A program made the position numbers and the translations under genes. Below, piece after piece: positions 52,675-53,524 of a stretch of 53,524 nt of DNA. Source of the DNA: Anaerovoracaceae bacterium (GTDB taxonomy: Bacteria > Bacillota > Clostridia > Peptostreptococcales > Anaerovoracaceae); assembly GCA_963648085.1 (NCBI GenBank), contig CAVJDC010000001.1, positions 1 to 53,524 on the forward strand, written 5' to 3'. Numbering within the stretch: the stretch's first letter is position 1; each line of letters starts with the position of its first letter. Below the pieces are notes generated by a model that was given only the letters and a program-made list of their open reading frames with translations, was not told the DNA's origin and searched no databases.

Positions 52675-53524
52675 GTGAAAGAGTTTAAGAAGATCATTGC
52701 ACTTCTTTTGGCTGTGACGACGATATGTACGCTCACGCCAGCAACCTCTCTGGCTGCTGTGACAGCGGGGGATGCTGCCATGACTGCAGGTCAAGATGCT
52801 GCCATGTCTGCAGAGGATGATGATTCTGATGTGCTGGCAGCGGAAGATAGTGCTGTGCTGGCAGAGGAAGATACTGCTGTGCTGGCAGCGTCTGATAAAG
52901 ACAATGCTGTCAGTGATGGGAAGGTTACCTCAAGTGAGTATCTTATAGGTGAAGGTCTTGGCAATGGCACAAGTACTATTACTACTGGAGGTAAATACTA
53001 TATAGACAATCAGTCTATGGGTCTGATAACCATCAATACTGAGGAAGCAGTTGAGATCATCGGTGTGGACGAAAGCATAGCGGGTGAAGGAAAGACTTAT
53101 ACTCTCAATCCTGTCGGTGACCATGTAAAGGGGACAAAGGATGATAACGGCAACGTATATACAGATGGTGTATCTTACGCTGAGAGACTTGCATTTAAGT
53201 ATGGCGATGGTGTAGGCAGTGCAAATTTGACATTGCAAAATGTAAGTATATCCCTCACTGCAGCTGTCCCTAATGACGCTACGACAACAACTTCATATGG
53301 TTATACATATTATTCGAATACAGAATGGCGCGACATGTTTGATTTCAATCAGTGCAAGGATATAAATGTCCATTTTGCTGGAACAAACCTGCTTGACATG
53401 GACACAAATGCAAACTATCGCTGCATCTTCCACGTAGTCGAAGGACAGAATGCAAACTTTGTCGGTGAGGGTGATTCTGTAGTTTATCTCTACTCAAGGG
53501 AGCAGGGAGCAGGTATCGGCTCTC
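52675..53524 (+). CDS. Secreted surface protein, 5' part (continues beyond the window); related to the beta-helix-like region of the 9417-13223 product
   Basis: GTG at 52675 with SD aaggaggagg 6-7 nt upstream, and the frame is open to the window end. Signal peptide: VKEFKKIIALLLAVTTICTLTPATSLAA. TTGGKYYIDNQSMGLITINTEEAVEIIGVD and VVYLYSREQGAGIGS parallel SGGSYHVIGDATFNISTDEPVSIVGNG and LYMYKNSMGAAIGA of the 9417 protein. Confidence 0.8.
   Translation, partial: MKEFKKIIALLLAVTTICTLTPATSLAAVTAGDAAMTAGQDAAMSAEDDDSDVLAAEDSAVLAEEDTAVLAASDKDNAVSDGKVTSSEYLIGEGLGNGTSTITTGGKYYIDNQSMGLITINTEEAVEIIGVDESIAGEGKTYTLNPVGDHVKGTKDDNGNVYTDGVSYAERLAFKYGDGVGSANLTLQNVSISLTAAVPNDATTTTSYGYTYYSNTEWRDMFDFNQCKDINVHFAGTNLLDMDTNANYRCIFHVVEGQNANFVGEGDSVVYLYSREQGAGIGS

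Noticed and set aside
1-53524. Mobile genetic element, prophage or genomic-island boundaries
   Set aside because: No integrase, transposase, recombinase, tRNA attachment site or long terminal inverted/direct repeats were found. Housekeeping genes are interleaved with the surface-protein genes, and all genes are co-oriented.

Overview
This is a 53.5-kb window in which every gene I can support lies on the + strand. AGGAGG-type ribosome-binding sites, SLH, cohesin, dockerin and LPXTG modules, and a clostridial-type thiolase suggest a Clostridia chromosome, possibly Lachnospiraceae- or Oscillospiraceae-like. That assignment is inference only. The housekeeping genes are an SGNH hydrolase fragment, a Sir2-family deacylase, surE, a DUF2156 protein, thiolase, ispE, an orphan RelB/DinJ-like antitoxin, a GntR regulator with a radical SAM enzyme, and an SDR oxidoreductase. 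They are interspersed among ten very large secreted or cell-surface protein genes, which fill about 38 kb (about 70%) of the window. Those ten are: a 1753-aa LPETG-anchored protein with a CHAP-like domain and two vWFA modules; four proteins ending in cohesin + conserved spacer + dockerin; three proteins with cohesin-like domains and C-terminal SLH triplets; a 3970-aa GLUG-motif giant with a C-terminal transmembrane anchor; and the 5' part of a further paralogue at the window edge. No glycoside hydrolase, transposase, integrase, rRNA, tRNA or CRISPR array is recognisable. Main hunt results: (1) The cohesin / X-dockerin / SLH genes look like a surface-assembly system whose cargo is adhesin-like (GLUG, beta-helix, Listeria-Bacteroides repeats) rather than enzymatic. 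(2) Eleven unrelated short tandem-repeat arrays (periods 14-52 bp, 2.3-10 copies) occupy intergenic regions, some carrying perfect palindromes or -35-like hexamers, and the same slippage signature extends into coding DNA, including ispE. (3) A single in-frame TGA splits a cohesin-like domain of a 1223-codon reading frame. (4) The CHAP-like domain has Asp in place of the nucleophilic Cys. (5) A T7 tract separates the conserved N-terminus of the DUF2156 protein from its only plausible ATG. All domain calls come from motif recognition by eye. No HMM or BLAST search was run.
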